Made by a program: the position numbers and the translations under genes
From: Geosiphon pyriformis uo1
Taxonomy: Eukaryota > Fungi > Glomeromycota
Length of the DNA stretch: 64,000 nt
Direction of reading: 5' to 3'
NCBI GenBank assembly: GCA_016748015.1
Contig: JAAOMT010000181.1
Coordinates: 69,784 to 133,783 of the forward strand
The notes under the pieces: model-generated
The model's database searches: none
Told to the model about the DNA's origin: nothing
The model's input: only the letters and a program-made list of their open reading frames with translations
Shown: positions 10,331 through 23,500 of the stretch, in pieces
Position numbering within the stretch: position 1 is the stretch's first letter
Layout: each line of letters opens with the position of its first letter

Positions 10331-13300
10331 TTATTATTATTATTATTAACAGTTTAATGAGTGCAGCCCAATTGCTATCTAGTATACAGAATCAAAACTA
10401 TGAATCCCAGCTAAATATGATTTACGCATTTACTACATGTAACTAATCACTTGGATTAATCAAAGCAATACTATACACTTTAAGAACAGTAGCCAAATCA
10501 TCCAAACCAAAAAAAAACAAATAAGACTTACAGAAACCAAAACTGACTCCAAAGAAATCATCAGTACCAATCAACCTAACCATACTGTCCGATAAACCCT
10601 GTGCTGAGCCACAAGATGTTACAAGCAATACACCTGAGTCACTGACCAAATTATTTTTCTCCATATCAGCTCTAAACCAGGATTTAAACCTTCACAACTC
10701 AGAATGATGTTGCATTTCTATGTTCCACACAAAATCAGCAAGAACTCAGACAGCCTCTTTGCGATCCTCAAATATTTACACAGCTTCCTTAAACCATCTT
10801 ATAAGCACAAAGCCTTTGCAAAGAAGAGCATATAAGCCAATGTTATGTACACATGAGAGAAGAATTTCTAGGACCACTAAAGACATTGGAAGACGAAAGC
10901 CAGTCAAAGACCTCCAAACTGCTACTTATTCGAACAAAATCTCACTACAAGGAACAGCTTTCTTACTACAAGTGAACACATAATCTGAGAATTCAACTTC
11001 ACCACAATGCAAGCACAAAATGCCAGAATATTTTTTGTTATAAAGTCTCTTCCTGACTGTGATGGACAATCTGCCATACACAGTCTTCATAAAGTAGGAA
11101 TGCAAATTAACTGAAGCTCTATTTGTCGATCCAGATAGCATGCCCAAATTCAGATGCCAAACAGCCATAGTTCTAACCCAATCAATGCTATGCACTGAAA
11201 AACCACACAGAATCCTAGAACTGGGGCCAATTTCCCAATGAGTGTGATTCACAAATCTAAAAACATCATGGACGAAGTGTTGAATATTACCAGATATTAG
11301 TGTGCCATTGGCCATCATAAAATGTTCACACACATTAGTTGGCAGCAGCAAGGAAGAGTGGGCAGAAATGCCTGCTAACACATCTCTACAATTGTTACCC
11401 ACCAAACCACAAAAATGTTCTTTTGACTAACCAAATTTGCAATGTGCCTTCTTTCCATTCAGTAGCAATTATAAAAATCAGAAACATCTATCTTCAATTC
11501 TAAAACACATGCATCCAAAGCAGCTTGACTGTCCAAACACACTTCTACTGAACAAAAAGAAAGAACACACTCCAGTGCTAAAGCAACAGCCTGTAATTCA
11601 TTCATTGTTAAAGATAAAAGACCCACTATCTTAATCTCTATGCCCAACTTAATTTCAGGAAAAAATGTCACAGCACCTCCAGCCACATCAGTAGAACCAA
11701 GCCCTTTCAAAGATCCATCTGTAAAAACAAATATAGAATTTGACCAGATCTCCAGCAGACTATTTTTGACATTAGAAAATTGACTAAAGATCAAAACGTC
11801 ATTGACATCCACCATAGGATTATTACCAGAAGATGCTAATGAAGAAATCACATTATGTAAGAATCTCGAAACCAAGATGAACCAAGAAGACACAGATCTT
11901 TTGAGATCCAATTTCTTCCAATGCCAGAATGTTTGTCAGTCCAAGACTTTGTCATGTTTGTCTAAAAATCTGTTACAAAAAGCTACACCAAATCTCTTCA
12001 ATGAAACAACTTGATCATAATACAAAGAAGACCCCAAGACACCAAAAACAGAATATCTGCCAAGATTAAAAAAAGCACTAGGCAAATTGTTCACCAATGA
12101 AATATTATTGTTCAGAAAGATATGTACTATCTCAGCCAGGAAATTGTTGGATGGACTAACCCATAATCTCACTGGAAACTGCAAAGAATTTAGAAAGGCC
12201 CAGCCAAGAACTTGCAAATCCAGAAACCAGTGTCCAAAAAGCTGACCAACAACCCTAAAAGCATTAGAAAATTGATAACAGAAGCAGACTTCGCCTCAGC
12301 TTGAATCTGCTCAAATGTTTTTAGATCATATAGCAAGGGGTGATACAGCATCTCATTTGGGAAATCCTGGAACAAACCAGTTTTTGACTTGAAATTTTTT
12401 TTGATCATAGCATCCCAATGCCAACAAATAGAAGAAAACACCAAACTAAATTGAGTGTGGTAGCCAACAATAGACTAAAAAACAGCTGAAACCAAATACA
12501 AGAATTGTTTGTCAAAAATAGCTTTATGTAATACCATATTGGAAAAAAACTTTATATCAGATTGAGCTTTAGCTAAGCTGGGCTTGGACAGACCATCAGT
12601 CGACAAGAATATACCCAGGTATTTATAAGATACACCACATTTGGCAATCGAAATAGGCAATCTACTAATTCTGAGAACAGTGTTCTGAACCCTCTAGTTA
12701 ATGGAAATGGTCACCGTTTTGTCATTATTAATTGAAATATCATTAATTGCAAAGAATCCACTAGCAACATCCAATATAAATTGTGTGGCAGTTTGACTAC
12801 TCCCTACTCAGATAGTGTCATTAATAAAAACACCAGCTGCAAAGAATGAAGTTATTCCACTCACATTGTTTATCCTGTCTAATTTGGCCACAAACTTGGT
12901 ATCAATCCAGTAATCACATAAACTCTCCTGTTTCTTAACCTTACATAGTAAGAGGTCATAAAAAATCCGCCAAAGAAGAGAAGAGAACATTTCACTTTGG
13001 TTGAGACCATTCAGCACTTGATAACCATCTGAAAGACCAAAATCTGTCATAACATGGTTTCACCTATCCTCATAAATCCCACCAAAGAACTTAATAAATC
13101 TGTTACACATTTTAATATGTCACAAATTAGTCTCCAAGTAGTGCCAGCCAACTGAATCATATGTCTTGTACATATTCTGTAAAACCAACCAAACCTTTCT
13201 GCTTTTTTCCAGAGCATCTTCCACCATTGAACCAACAGCAAAAATGGGAGACTGTATAGAGGTACCACAAAAAACTGAGAAGTTATCCCTATACAACACC

Positions 13301-16300
13301 CCAAACTTACTGCAAGCAAGAGAAATCCGATCTGAGAGGATCTTAAAAAAGATTTTGCAAACAGTTTTCAGTAGAGCAATAAGATGAGTGTTTGTCAAGA
13401 CTTCATCCCAATCATAAGATTTAGATATCATGAAAACCCATGTCCTTTTCCACAAGATCGGAACCTTGCTTATCCTTAGACACAAATTTAGAAGATTCAA
13501 TAAGCTCTTGAGAATGGCCTTATCACAATGCTTTTACAATTTATTAGGGATACCACTAAGACCAGCAGTCTTTTCATTCAGTAAGTGTTTGACCACCTAA
13601 AAAAGCTCATTAAAACTAATAACATCCATAACACCAGAGAAAGCATCATCATCCACATATTGTAAAAGAGCATACTGACAAGCCCAAGGAGTAAAAAGAT
13701 GTGTAAGTGCTGACTGCTTTCTGGTCCATCCTTCTATTATCACATCAACTTTGGATTTGACTTCACTAGGATCCAAAACAAGTTCATCATCCACCACTAA
13801 ATGGTCAAGGACCATCTTGTGAAATAACCTATTTAAAATACTTCTGATCATATGGCCTTTGTCTGTGCAAAAATTTTTCATTCTCCTATCAATAGCATGT
13901 CTAATCACAACAGCTTTAACAACTTTAGCCTTATGCATCTTGAAGCAGTGGTAACTCTTCTTAAGCCCAGACAAACAAACAAAAACATCTTCGCTGCTGG
14001 CACCATCATTCAACATGTTTCGAATTTCAAGAGTCTTACATTCATCAGCAATCAGCCAGGCATTGAGAAGGGAACCAGTTCTAGAAGCATTACCAGATTG
14101 AAGAAACTTTACCAATTTAGCAACCAAGAGTTCCAGCTTAAAAAATTTTGAAGATTGTTTGTTAGAAAAACATTTGATCTCATGAAACCAATGTCTAAAG
14201 AACATTTTATCAGCTGAATTGATCAGCACTTTTACCAAACAAGACCACATAAAATCAAAATCCCCACCATCACTGGCAACCAAAACCTTATTAACTACAG
14301 AAGAAAACTCAACCAAAGAACATTCTTTAAAATAAGCCTATTTGGGACCATCCGCATTTGCAATCTTGAACTTCCATTAATCTTTATTAGCTTGCTTGTG
14401 CAAACCATTCAGATGAACATCCAAGAGCCCACCCAAACCAACCAACACCATAACAGTCTTGTAGTTAGTGTCAAAATAATCAGAAACAGAAGCCACAATC
14501 TGATTAGCAACTGCTGAAGACAAACTATCACTAACAAAAATATAATCAATTGTTTTTTTTGGCACTCCTTGAATTGCTTTACATAGGAGCTCTGACCAAT
14601 GAGTGTGTACCAAATGAGTTGGCCAAACTCAGATCCAAACAAAACTTAAAACTTGCACTTCTTTTAGAATTGTCCTCATTGAAATTACCACTCAAGACCA
14701 CAAAAGTATTAGAGTTTAGAGCCCTTGTGATAAAAGAGTTGACTTCAATAGCCTGACCAAACCTAATACCAGAGGATACACCAGCATACAAACCCAGAAC
14801 TGTAACCGAGAGTTTGCCTTTGAAAAGAAGACACACTGAAATAATCTGACCAGAAATTTCATTAATTTTAGAAACACAGTGAGCCAGAAAATTGTTCATG
14901 ATAATGGCCACCCCAGCTCCAAGAAACCCTTTGTCCACACCAGATAAAAAAATTTTAACACCATTAAACTTGTTTATAATCTACAGTCTACAACCAGACT
15001 TCAATTTCATTTCAGTAACAATTGAGACCATATTTCCAGATTCCACATGCCAATGCACAATGTCCTTCTGTTTTGCAGGATTATTCATGCCTCTGATGTT
15101 ACACATTGCAATTTTCCAGACTAATTCACTCATTGAAAAGAAAATCAGAGGTGCACACTACCAGTTAGGACCAAATTATCAAGATGGGCTAACAAACTCA
15201 AAACAGAAGTGGAAAGACCTTCTAACATATTTTTAAACTTGACCATATTAGGGAAGAAAAATGATTCCAGAAGTGCAGCAGTCTTACCACTAGTGGCCAC
15301 ACTTGAGCCCTTTCCCATTACTATATCGTCCACCTAATTCTGTAATAGGAGGGTCACTGGCAGCTGACATTCAAGACTAGGCTAAGAAACTGCCAGAACA
15401 AGCGAATTCAACTTCTTAGCCAATTCACTAATCTGTTCTGCAAGACTGGTAAGACTGTTTTCCAAAACAGCAAACTTTTTTTCAATGTCAAAAGCAACAA
15501 AAAGGGTAGACTTTATCTTCAAAGAAAAGCCAGGATTGATCGAATTATTCTTTACAAGGAGAGGAGGAAACAAAGATCCACCAGCAATTTTTGCCCAAGA
15601 AATCTCACCAAAAGCAACAAGACAAGCAATGGGAGCTGAATGCTTAGAATAGATGGCAGCCAGCCTGCTTTTATCCACATCTAAAAGCACTTTATGAGAA
15701 AATTTACCAGGAGAAAAATTCTCACTCACAGAACAACTCAATGACATATGACCTGTTTTTCTACACTCAGCACATTTAGAAAAACCCAATCGAGACCAAT
15801 GCAGGTTTATGTCTCTCAGAACTGGAGTAGTGTCCATAATGGCATCCAAAGATTTAGCTAATTCAAAACAAACAATGGCACATCTGGCCCAGATATATGT
15901 AATAGGGTGATGATTAATTGTGCATGTTTTCTCACCCACTGAGTTGACATAATTCCAAATATTATGTGCATTGGTTCCTACTGATAAAGTGTACAAAAGA
16001 GCTCTGTGAACATCTTTTTCATTCCAGGCTTTTTTGCCCATATCAGATCTAGCAACACATACTGCATCTTTTCCAATCAGGATAGACTATTTTGCTGCGA
16101 CCAAATCAGCATGATCAACCTGTTCAAATTTTACCATTGCTTTCTGCCACAGTCCTACCAATTGCATTTTGATTGACTTAATTAATCCAAACTTGGATAA
16201 TATGGCATGTACAGTCTTAGCCAAAGTACTAACAGGAATTTTTTTTACCACTACAGTCCGATCTAAGCATCCAGAATACTTCTGGAGATTAGTGTTTACC

Positions 16301-17080
16301 AGAATTTTTGCTTTTTTAGCTTTTTTGGAAGCCTGTGCCAAGCTTGATTAGGAAGTGAATGACACTCTGATGATCTCAACAAATTTTGAGAGAGTAGAGA
16401 CCTCTCCAAAACCATTGATTTTTGAAAATAACTTCCTAACCACTTGTAGTTTTTCTTGAGAAGATTTCCCAACCACCTTATCCAACCCAATATTCAAAGT
16501 GAAAGATTTGCGAACAGAAATGTTGACCAGATTTTTGAGAGGTGAGAGAAGTTCTAATGGAGTGTCCAAGAGAACATCATTATCAATGTCACTAGATAAA
16601 AAATTTATCTTATCCAATGGCTTGTCTAATGCTTTTTTGGTTTTGATCTTTGAACCAGTAAGTGTCTGATTAGGATCTCTTTTAGCAAAAGCATCACCTT
16701 CACCATAATCAAAACTGGTCTCTTTCACCAGACATTTTTCCTCCATATCAATACTATCAGACTCAGTGGTGTCATCAGTTTCTGAACCCCATGAGTGGCT
16801 GTTTTAAACCTTAGAACCAATGCTCTCACCACCAGAACCATCTTCTAAAACACCACCCCTCCTCTTTTTCCTTGGAAGAACAGATTTGAAGCCATTATTA
16901 GAACCAGAAACCTTAGCAGTCTTTTTCATAACAGCAATATTGCAGCCAACAGTGGTCTTGTAGTTAAGAATAAAGAGTTTGGATTTATCGTACTGAATTG
17001 TAAAAAACTTCTTTCAAAAAAACTTTGACTTTTTTTTGGGAATTTGGGATGAAAGAGAGAAAGAAGTTTTTTTTTTAAAA
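10331..17080 (-). mobile_element. LINE copy B, full-length and degenerate; ORF1 ~15130..16929, ORF2 ~10471..15133
   Basis: Same domain order as A. (TAA)n tail at ~10331-10348. TSD TTTTATGTATATAAAA at 10315-10330 and 17097-17112, extendable to ~32 bp with 3 mismatches. Confidence 0.92.
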
Positions 17081-17583
17081 TATTTTAAAATAATTATTTT
17101 ATGTATATAAAAAATTAATATATAATTATTTTTAATTATTACTTATTTATTTGGTAATTGTATTTGTATTTAATTTGATATTAATACTTAAAACTTTTAA
17201 AAAACTATTATTAAGCAAATATTTTTATTAATATTATTATTAAAAACATTTATATTATTATTTTTAATTTTATATTTTATTTTAAGTTTATTAAAAAAAA
17301 CAATTTGTTTTTATACTATAAATTTTTATTTATTTAGCATATAAAACAAAAAACATTAAATAATATTGTTATTAAAAAAACTAAAATACCAATAAACTTA
17401 ATAATAAATTTAGTTAAGAAATTAATTCAGCTAATTTAAATTTCTAATTATAAAATTAATAACAATAATAATCATAATAAAAAAAATAAAAAAGCAATAG
17501 ATTTAATATAAACTTTTATATTAATAAAACAAGATTAAAAATTTTAAATAAATTACAAATTTGAATAAAAACTTAAAAATAAA

Positions 17584-20500
17584 TTTTTTTTTATTGCTTT
17601 ATGCGTGAGATCCAAACACCATCTAATACAATACATCATACAAATACAAGCAATAAGATTAAAAACTTCTTTCTCTCCTTTGTCCAAAATTCCCGAAAAA
17701 GAGTTTATAGTTTTTTCGAAAGAAGTTTTTTACTATTCAGTACAATAAATCAAAACCATTCTTTGATTACAAGACCACTATTGGCTCTGTTATTGCTGTT
17801 ATAAAGAAGACCATTAAAGCTTCTGTTTCTGAGGGTGGTTTTAAGGCTGTTGTATCAAGAAAGAAGAGGAAGAGTGATGTGTTGAAAGAGAGTATTGATA
17901 ATAAAGAGGTTGCTGCCAAAGCTCTTGGTGCTCATTCATGGAGTTCTGAGACTGGTGACACTATGGAATCTGAGAGTATTGACATGGAGGAAGAATGCTT
18001 GGTTGAAAAAACCAGTGTAGACTATGATGATAATGGTACTTTCGCAGAAGGAGATCCTAATCAAACACCAAAGGGTTTGTGTGTGAAGACCAAAAAAGTG
18101 TTAGGGAAGCCACTGGGTGTAATTGATTATGATACTGTCGATGCAGAAGATAATGTGTTGGATGACTCACTTTTTCTCCCACCTCTTCTTCCAGCCAAAC
18201 TGTCCGTTCAAGTGTCTGTTTGCAAATCCTTTGCTTTAAATATTGATCTGATAATGATAGCTAGAAAATTCTCTCATGAGAAAGTCAATTTGGTCAGAAA
18301 AATCTTTTCAGGAGTAAATGGTTTTGGGGGGGCCTCTACCCCCTCAAAATTTGGTGAAATCATCTGGGTGTCTTTCACTTTTGAAAAGATGATGATGGCA
18401 GCTGCACAGTTGGCAAATAATTGTAGTGTTGTGATAAACACCAATCTTAAGCGCCCCATCAACAATCGTATGAATTGGGCAATTGTGTTGAAAGAAATTC
18501 CTGTGAAAACTTCCATTGAGGCAGTGCATGCAGCCATTTCTGAATTTGGGATTATTAAGTCAATCAAGATGCAGTTGGTGGGTCTATGGCAAAAGGTGAT
18601 CATCGAATTGGAGGATCAAATTCAGGCTGATCTCTTGGCAGCTGAGTGGTCTATCTTTATTGGGAAAGATACAATGCATGTGGCCTGGGCCAATGTTGAC
18701 AAACAAATGTGGGATGCCAGAGATGAATTTAGGGCTTTGCTTTATACTCTTCCCATGGGCACTAATGCTCATGATTTTTGGGACTTCATTGGTTCAGTTG
18801 GTGGAAAAACATGTGTTATTGAGCACAGTTCTGTCAGTTATGTCTGAGCACACTGTGCCACTATGTGGTTCAATTCTGAGGGTAGTCTTATTCAGACAAT
18901 GACAAATACTCCTGTTATAAAAGGTGTTGGTCTCCGATGGTCTTGTTTAACTGCTGCACTGTGCTCAATTTGCAAAACTTCCAGTCATACTTCTCTTGCT
19001 TGTTGTACTGCTGGTGTGTCTTCAAGTTCTAGAAGCAAGAGAGCTCCTCTTTCAACTCAGAATCAGTTCCATCTGGCAAAGATATATGAAAAGAAATCTG
19101 CCTCTGTTTCTTGTCATTTGGCTTTCAGTGGAAAAACTTGGGCCTTTGTGGTTGGTAAACCACTCCCAATAGTGTCTTTTGGTGGTTCAGCTCAATTTAG
19201 TTCCATATCTTATGGTAAACCTCTTCCGACTGTTAATGGTGAATTGGAAGACTGTTTGAAGAATATTGAAAGCAGTCTTGTCAGCCTCATAGGACAAATT
19301 GGTGAGTTGGCTAAGAGGTTGGACTCATTCATGCCAGCAGTTTTCCAGCCTAGCCCTGGATGTCAGCTGCCGGTGACCTTCCCATCACAGAATCAAGGGG
19401 AAGATATAGTGATAAGAGTGGGTTCGGGTAATGTCACTAGTGACAAGACTGCTGCCGTTCTTGGTTCAACTGTCTCACCTGAGGTTGTGAAATTGGAAAA
19501 CATGTTGGAAGATCTCTCTGCTTCAGTCATGAGCCTATCAGTGTGCTTGGATGGTTTGGCTTTGGCAGGTAGTGCTCTTTCTCTCCTTCTTTCTCAATGA
19601 ATGATCTGGTATAGAAAATTGCTACATGTAATGTTTGTGGGTTGAACAATCCTGCAAAGCAAGATGATGTCATTTGTTGGCACAAGGATATAGACAATTT
19701 GGTTTATATTTTCATGAAGTCAAAGCTTAAAGAGAAAGTTGTCCATGGTTGGCTGACAAATTTGATGGTGTTCGGGTTTTTACTTCTGGTCTGGATTCTG
19801 GTTCTTTGGGTGCTAGGGTGTTAATCATCATGAATTCTTCTTTAGCAAAGCATGTCTGCAAGATCTCTAAGATGCCTGGTCAGCTCCTATCCATCAAGTT
19901 GCTTTTCAAAAATAAACTTTTGGGGTCTATTTTGGGGCTCTATGCTTGTGCTTCATCAGTGACTCAGTTTTCTCAGGCTGGTAAGATCAACTCTCTTATT
20001 GCTAAAGCCATTAATGAGTTTTCTTTTGTTATTCTTGGTGGTGATTTTAATGAGGATGGTTCGCACAAATGTGCCAGTTTCAAAAAATGTTTTGATTTGG
20101 GTTTGATTAACTCTCTGAGGAGGAGCTCTTTTGTAAAGTCACCTACTTGGTGCAATTCTCGTGGTATTACTAAGACAATCAACTACATATTTTTTTTTTT
20201 AATTTGGTTGGTACAGTGGTGGATCATGGTATGGATAGCGTTGAGGAATATTTTGATACCAATCACAAGGCTGTTTATGTTTCTGTGAGACTGGGTGGCC
20301 TGCTTGATGTCCAGTTGAATTCACTGTGCAAACAAGCTAATAAAGATCATTAGAAGTATGATATCAAAAATACCAGTGAGATTAAGTAGTTAGAATTCAG
20401 GAATGTTATAGCTGCTAATGCTGTTATGTTCTCAGATGAGTTTGTTGTGGCTGAGCAGTTTTCTGATCTGGATGTGATGTGAGACATTGTTCATAAGGTT

Positions 20501-23500
20501 ATAGTTCTTTCAGCTAGTAGAACATTCAAGAAAAAATGGTTTAGGGGTTTTGATTGTGTTTTTAATAAGGTATCTTCCCAGTTTTATAAACTGGAGCTAT
20601 TTGTGTCTAAACTGGCAAAGGCTTCTCAGTTGGTTTCTGGTGGAGATTTTGTCTTGTTGTTAGATACATGAAACAGGCTTGATTCTGTGGGCACTTTGCC
20701 AGTTAGATTTCTGTTTCTTTCTGGTGCCAGTTTTGATGTGATCCATTCTGGGCTGGCTAAGACAAGGAAGTCTTACCACTCTTCTAAGTTGTTGGAATCT
20801 AAGCATGCTGAAGAATCTAGTATAAGGCAGGCTATTGAGAAGAGAATGGAGAGTTTTAAGATAAATAAGGGTCACACTATTAGAAGTGTTTTGGAGTGTC
20901 CTTTTCATAAAGTGGTGTTGGATCATTTGGTGGATGGTAGGGAGTTAGTCCTGGAGTCTGAGTTGGTTAAATCTAAGGTGAATGAAATTATGGAGAGTTG
21001 GACTAGGAAATGTGTGGTGGCTTCTGATATCTCTGGTAATTGAGCAAGACAATTTCTGCCTTTGGATCATGTCTTCAATAGTGCTTTCTCTGATATAATA
21101 CATTCAGTTGGTTTTAATGAGATGTTTGGTGTTATTTCAAATTTGCCTGATGGGAAAGCAGCTGGTCTTTCTGGTATCCCTAATGAACTTTGGAAACACT
21201 GTGACAAGTTGGTCTTGGATATGCTTTTGGTGCTCTTAAATTTTTGTTTGGATTGTGAGTCAGTGCCTGGACTTTAGAGGGAAGTCTGGGTCTCAATGAT
21301 TCCTAAACCTTACGAGTAGGAAGGGGTTCTTACAAATACTTACCTTATTGCTTTGATTGAAACAGCTCGCAAGGTCCTTTCCAAAATTCTTTCAGATCAG
21401 ATCTCTCTGGCTTGTAGCACTTTTGATGTCCTCTGCAGAGACAATTTCTTTGTCCTGAAAGGTACATCTATTCAATCACCTATCTTTGCTATTGGTTTGG
21501 TAATTGAAGATGCTTTGTAAAAGAACCAAGAGTTGTGACTGGTTTTACAGGATATGCGCAAAGCTTATGATTCTGTTAGTTGAGAGCATTTCAAGAAGAG
21601 TTTAATCAGGATCAAAATGTGTGACAAATTTATCAAATTTTTTGGTAGCATTCATAATGGTTGCACTAACAGAGTGATGACAGATTTTGGTTTGACTAAT
21701 AGATATCATGTTCACAATAGATTGGATCAGGAGAAGATTTTTTCACCACTTCTTTGGTGCATATTTTATGACTCACTTTTGTGTGAGGTTAAGAGACAGA
21801 AGAGCATTTGTGGTTACAGGTTGATTTCTCATTTCATTTCTAAAACTGGCCAGGTGGAATCTCAAGCTGGACTGACATCATTTCTGGCCACTGGTGCTTT
21901 TGTTGATGATACTATCTGGATCAGTAGCAGCCAAGCTGCTATACAACACATCTTCAATGTTGCTAGTGAGTTCTTTCATTTAAATAACATTTCGATAAAC
22001 AATGACAAGACTGTGGCCATTCTTATCAACTGTCGGGTCACTGTTCCTTACCTAACTATCAGTGGCATGCCAATTTCCATCGCTAAAAGAGATGAATCTC
22101 ATTGTTATCTGAGTATTTTTTTATCTTCTGATGGTCTTTCGAAGCCTAGCTTGGTTAAGGCACATTCGAATGTTTGGTTTTTTGTCAATCTCATTCTGAA
22201 AAAAGTTATTTCAGATAAACAGTTTGCTTATTTGGTGTCTTCAGTTCTCTTTTCTATTGTCAGCTACAGAACTCAGTTCAGTTTTATTCCCCTCAGTGTG
22301 TGTAATAAATGGGACACTTTGATTTGCAAAGGCCTGAAATCCAAATTTGGGCTGTCTCTGAACTTTCCCAATAATGCACTTCATCATCCTTTCTTGTACA
22401 ATTTAAAGACTTTTGAGCAGATTTAGGCTGAAAGCAAGTCAGCTTCTGTTATTGCTTTTGCAAATTCAGTTGGTGTTTTGGGTCACTTGTTTTCTTATAG
22501 GTCTCACGATCTCCAGGTTCTCAGCTGGCGTCTTTGTCACCCTTTGTTGTTTCCTGTTCATATTAGAGTCAGTCCTTCAAACAACTTTTTGGCAGGTGTG
22601 ATTTGTATTTTTTCCAGGTGTGATTTGTCTTTGGATGGCTTTCTGGCCAGTGCTTTTCATCTTTAGTGCAGTATTCCTATGTCTCTGGTACTCAGTGAGA
22701 CAATTTTCTCCAAATGTGTCTTCTCTCTCAAGTGTTATAGTATTGCTTTCATAGAACAGCTTTGTGACTGGAATGGCATTGTTTTTGACTAGAAAACTTT
22801 TAAGCATTGGAAAAGACTGGACCTCCGTGGTCCAGTCCTCTCCTGGTTTGATCTCTCTGTATGTTTTCTTGGTAGTATAGCTTCTCCTTCTAATTGTTTT
22901 TCTTATGAGGGTGTTGGTGGTTCTTCTGACATCCATCAGTCTCTTGGTTTTGGTGTTATTTGTAATGATCTGTTGAGTGCAGGTGCCACCCGTCTCTCTG
23001 TGTATACAGATAGGTCTCTGAGTAACTTGGGCACTGTTGACATGTTAGCTGGTGCTGCAGTTTTCTTTAAGGACATTGATTCAGGTCTGGATGTGGGGGT
23101 TTCTGGTTTGGTTTCTTCTACTTTGGCAGAGTTGTAGGCCATTGCTTTAGCTCTGAAATGTGTTCTTTCTTTTCATTCAGTTAACTTGTTCTTGAACAGC
23201 CAGGTGGTTATCAATGCTTGCAGGTCAGAGTCTTTATCGGCTGGCCCTGATTTCAGGAATTGTTGTTGGATTGAGCATTATCATATTGCCAATGTCATTC
23301 ATCGCAAAAATTTGGATGTTAATTGGATTAAAATTAAGGATCATTCGGATGTCTTAGACAACAAACGTGCTGATGTGCTGGCTAAGAATGCTGCTCTTTC
23401 TGTCTGGCACCTGCCCCACTTGGTTAGTGAGAGATTTTTGAAGGCTGGTGTTAATATAGTTTCTGGTAATTCAAGGCATTTTGTTTGTGACGTATTCAGG

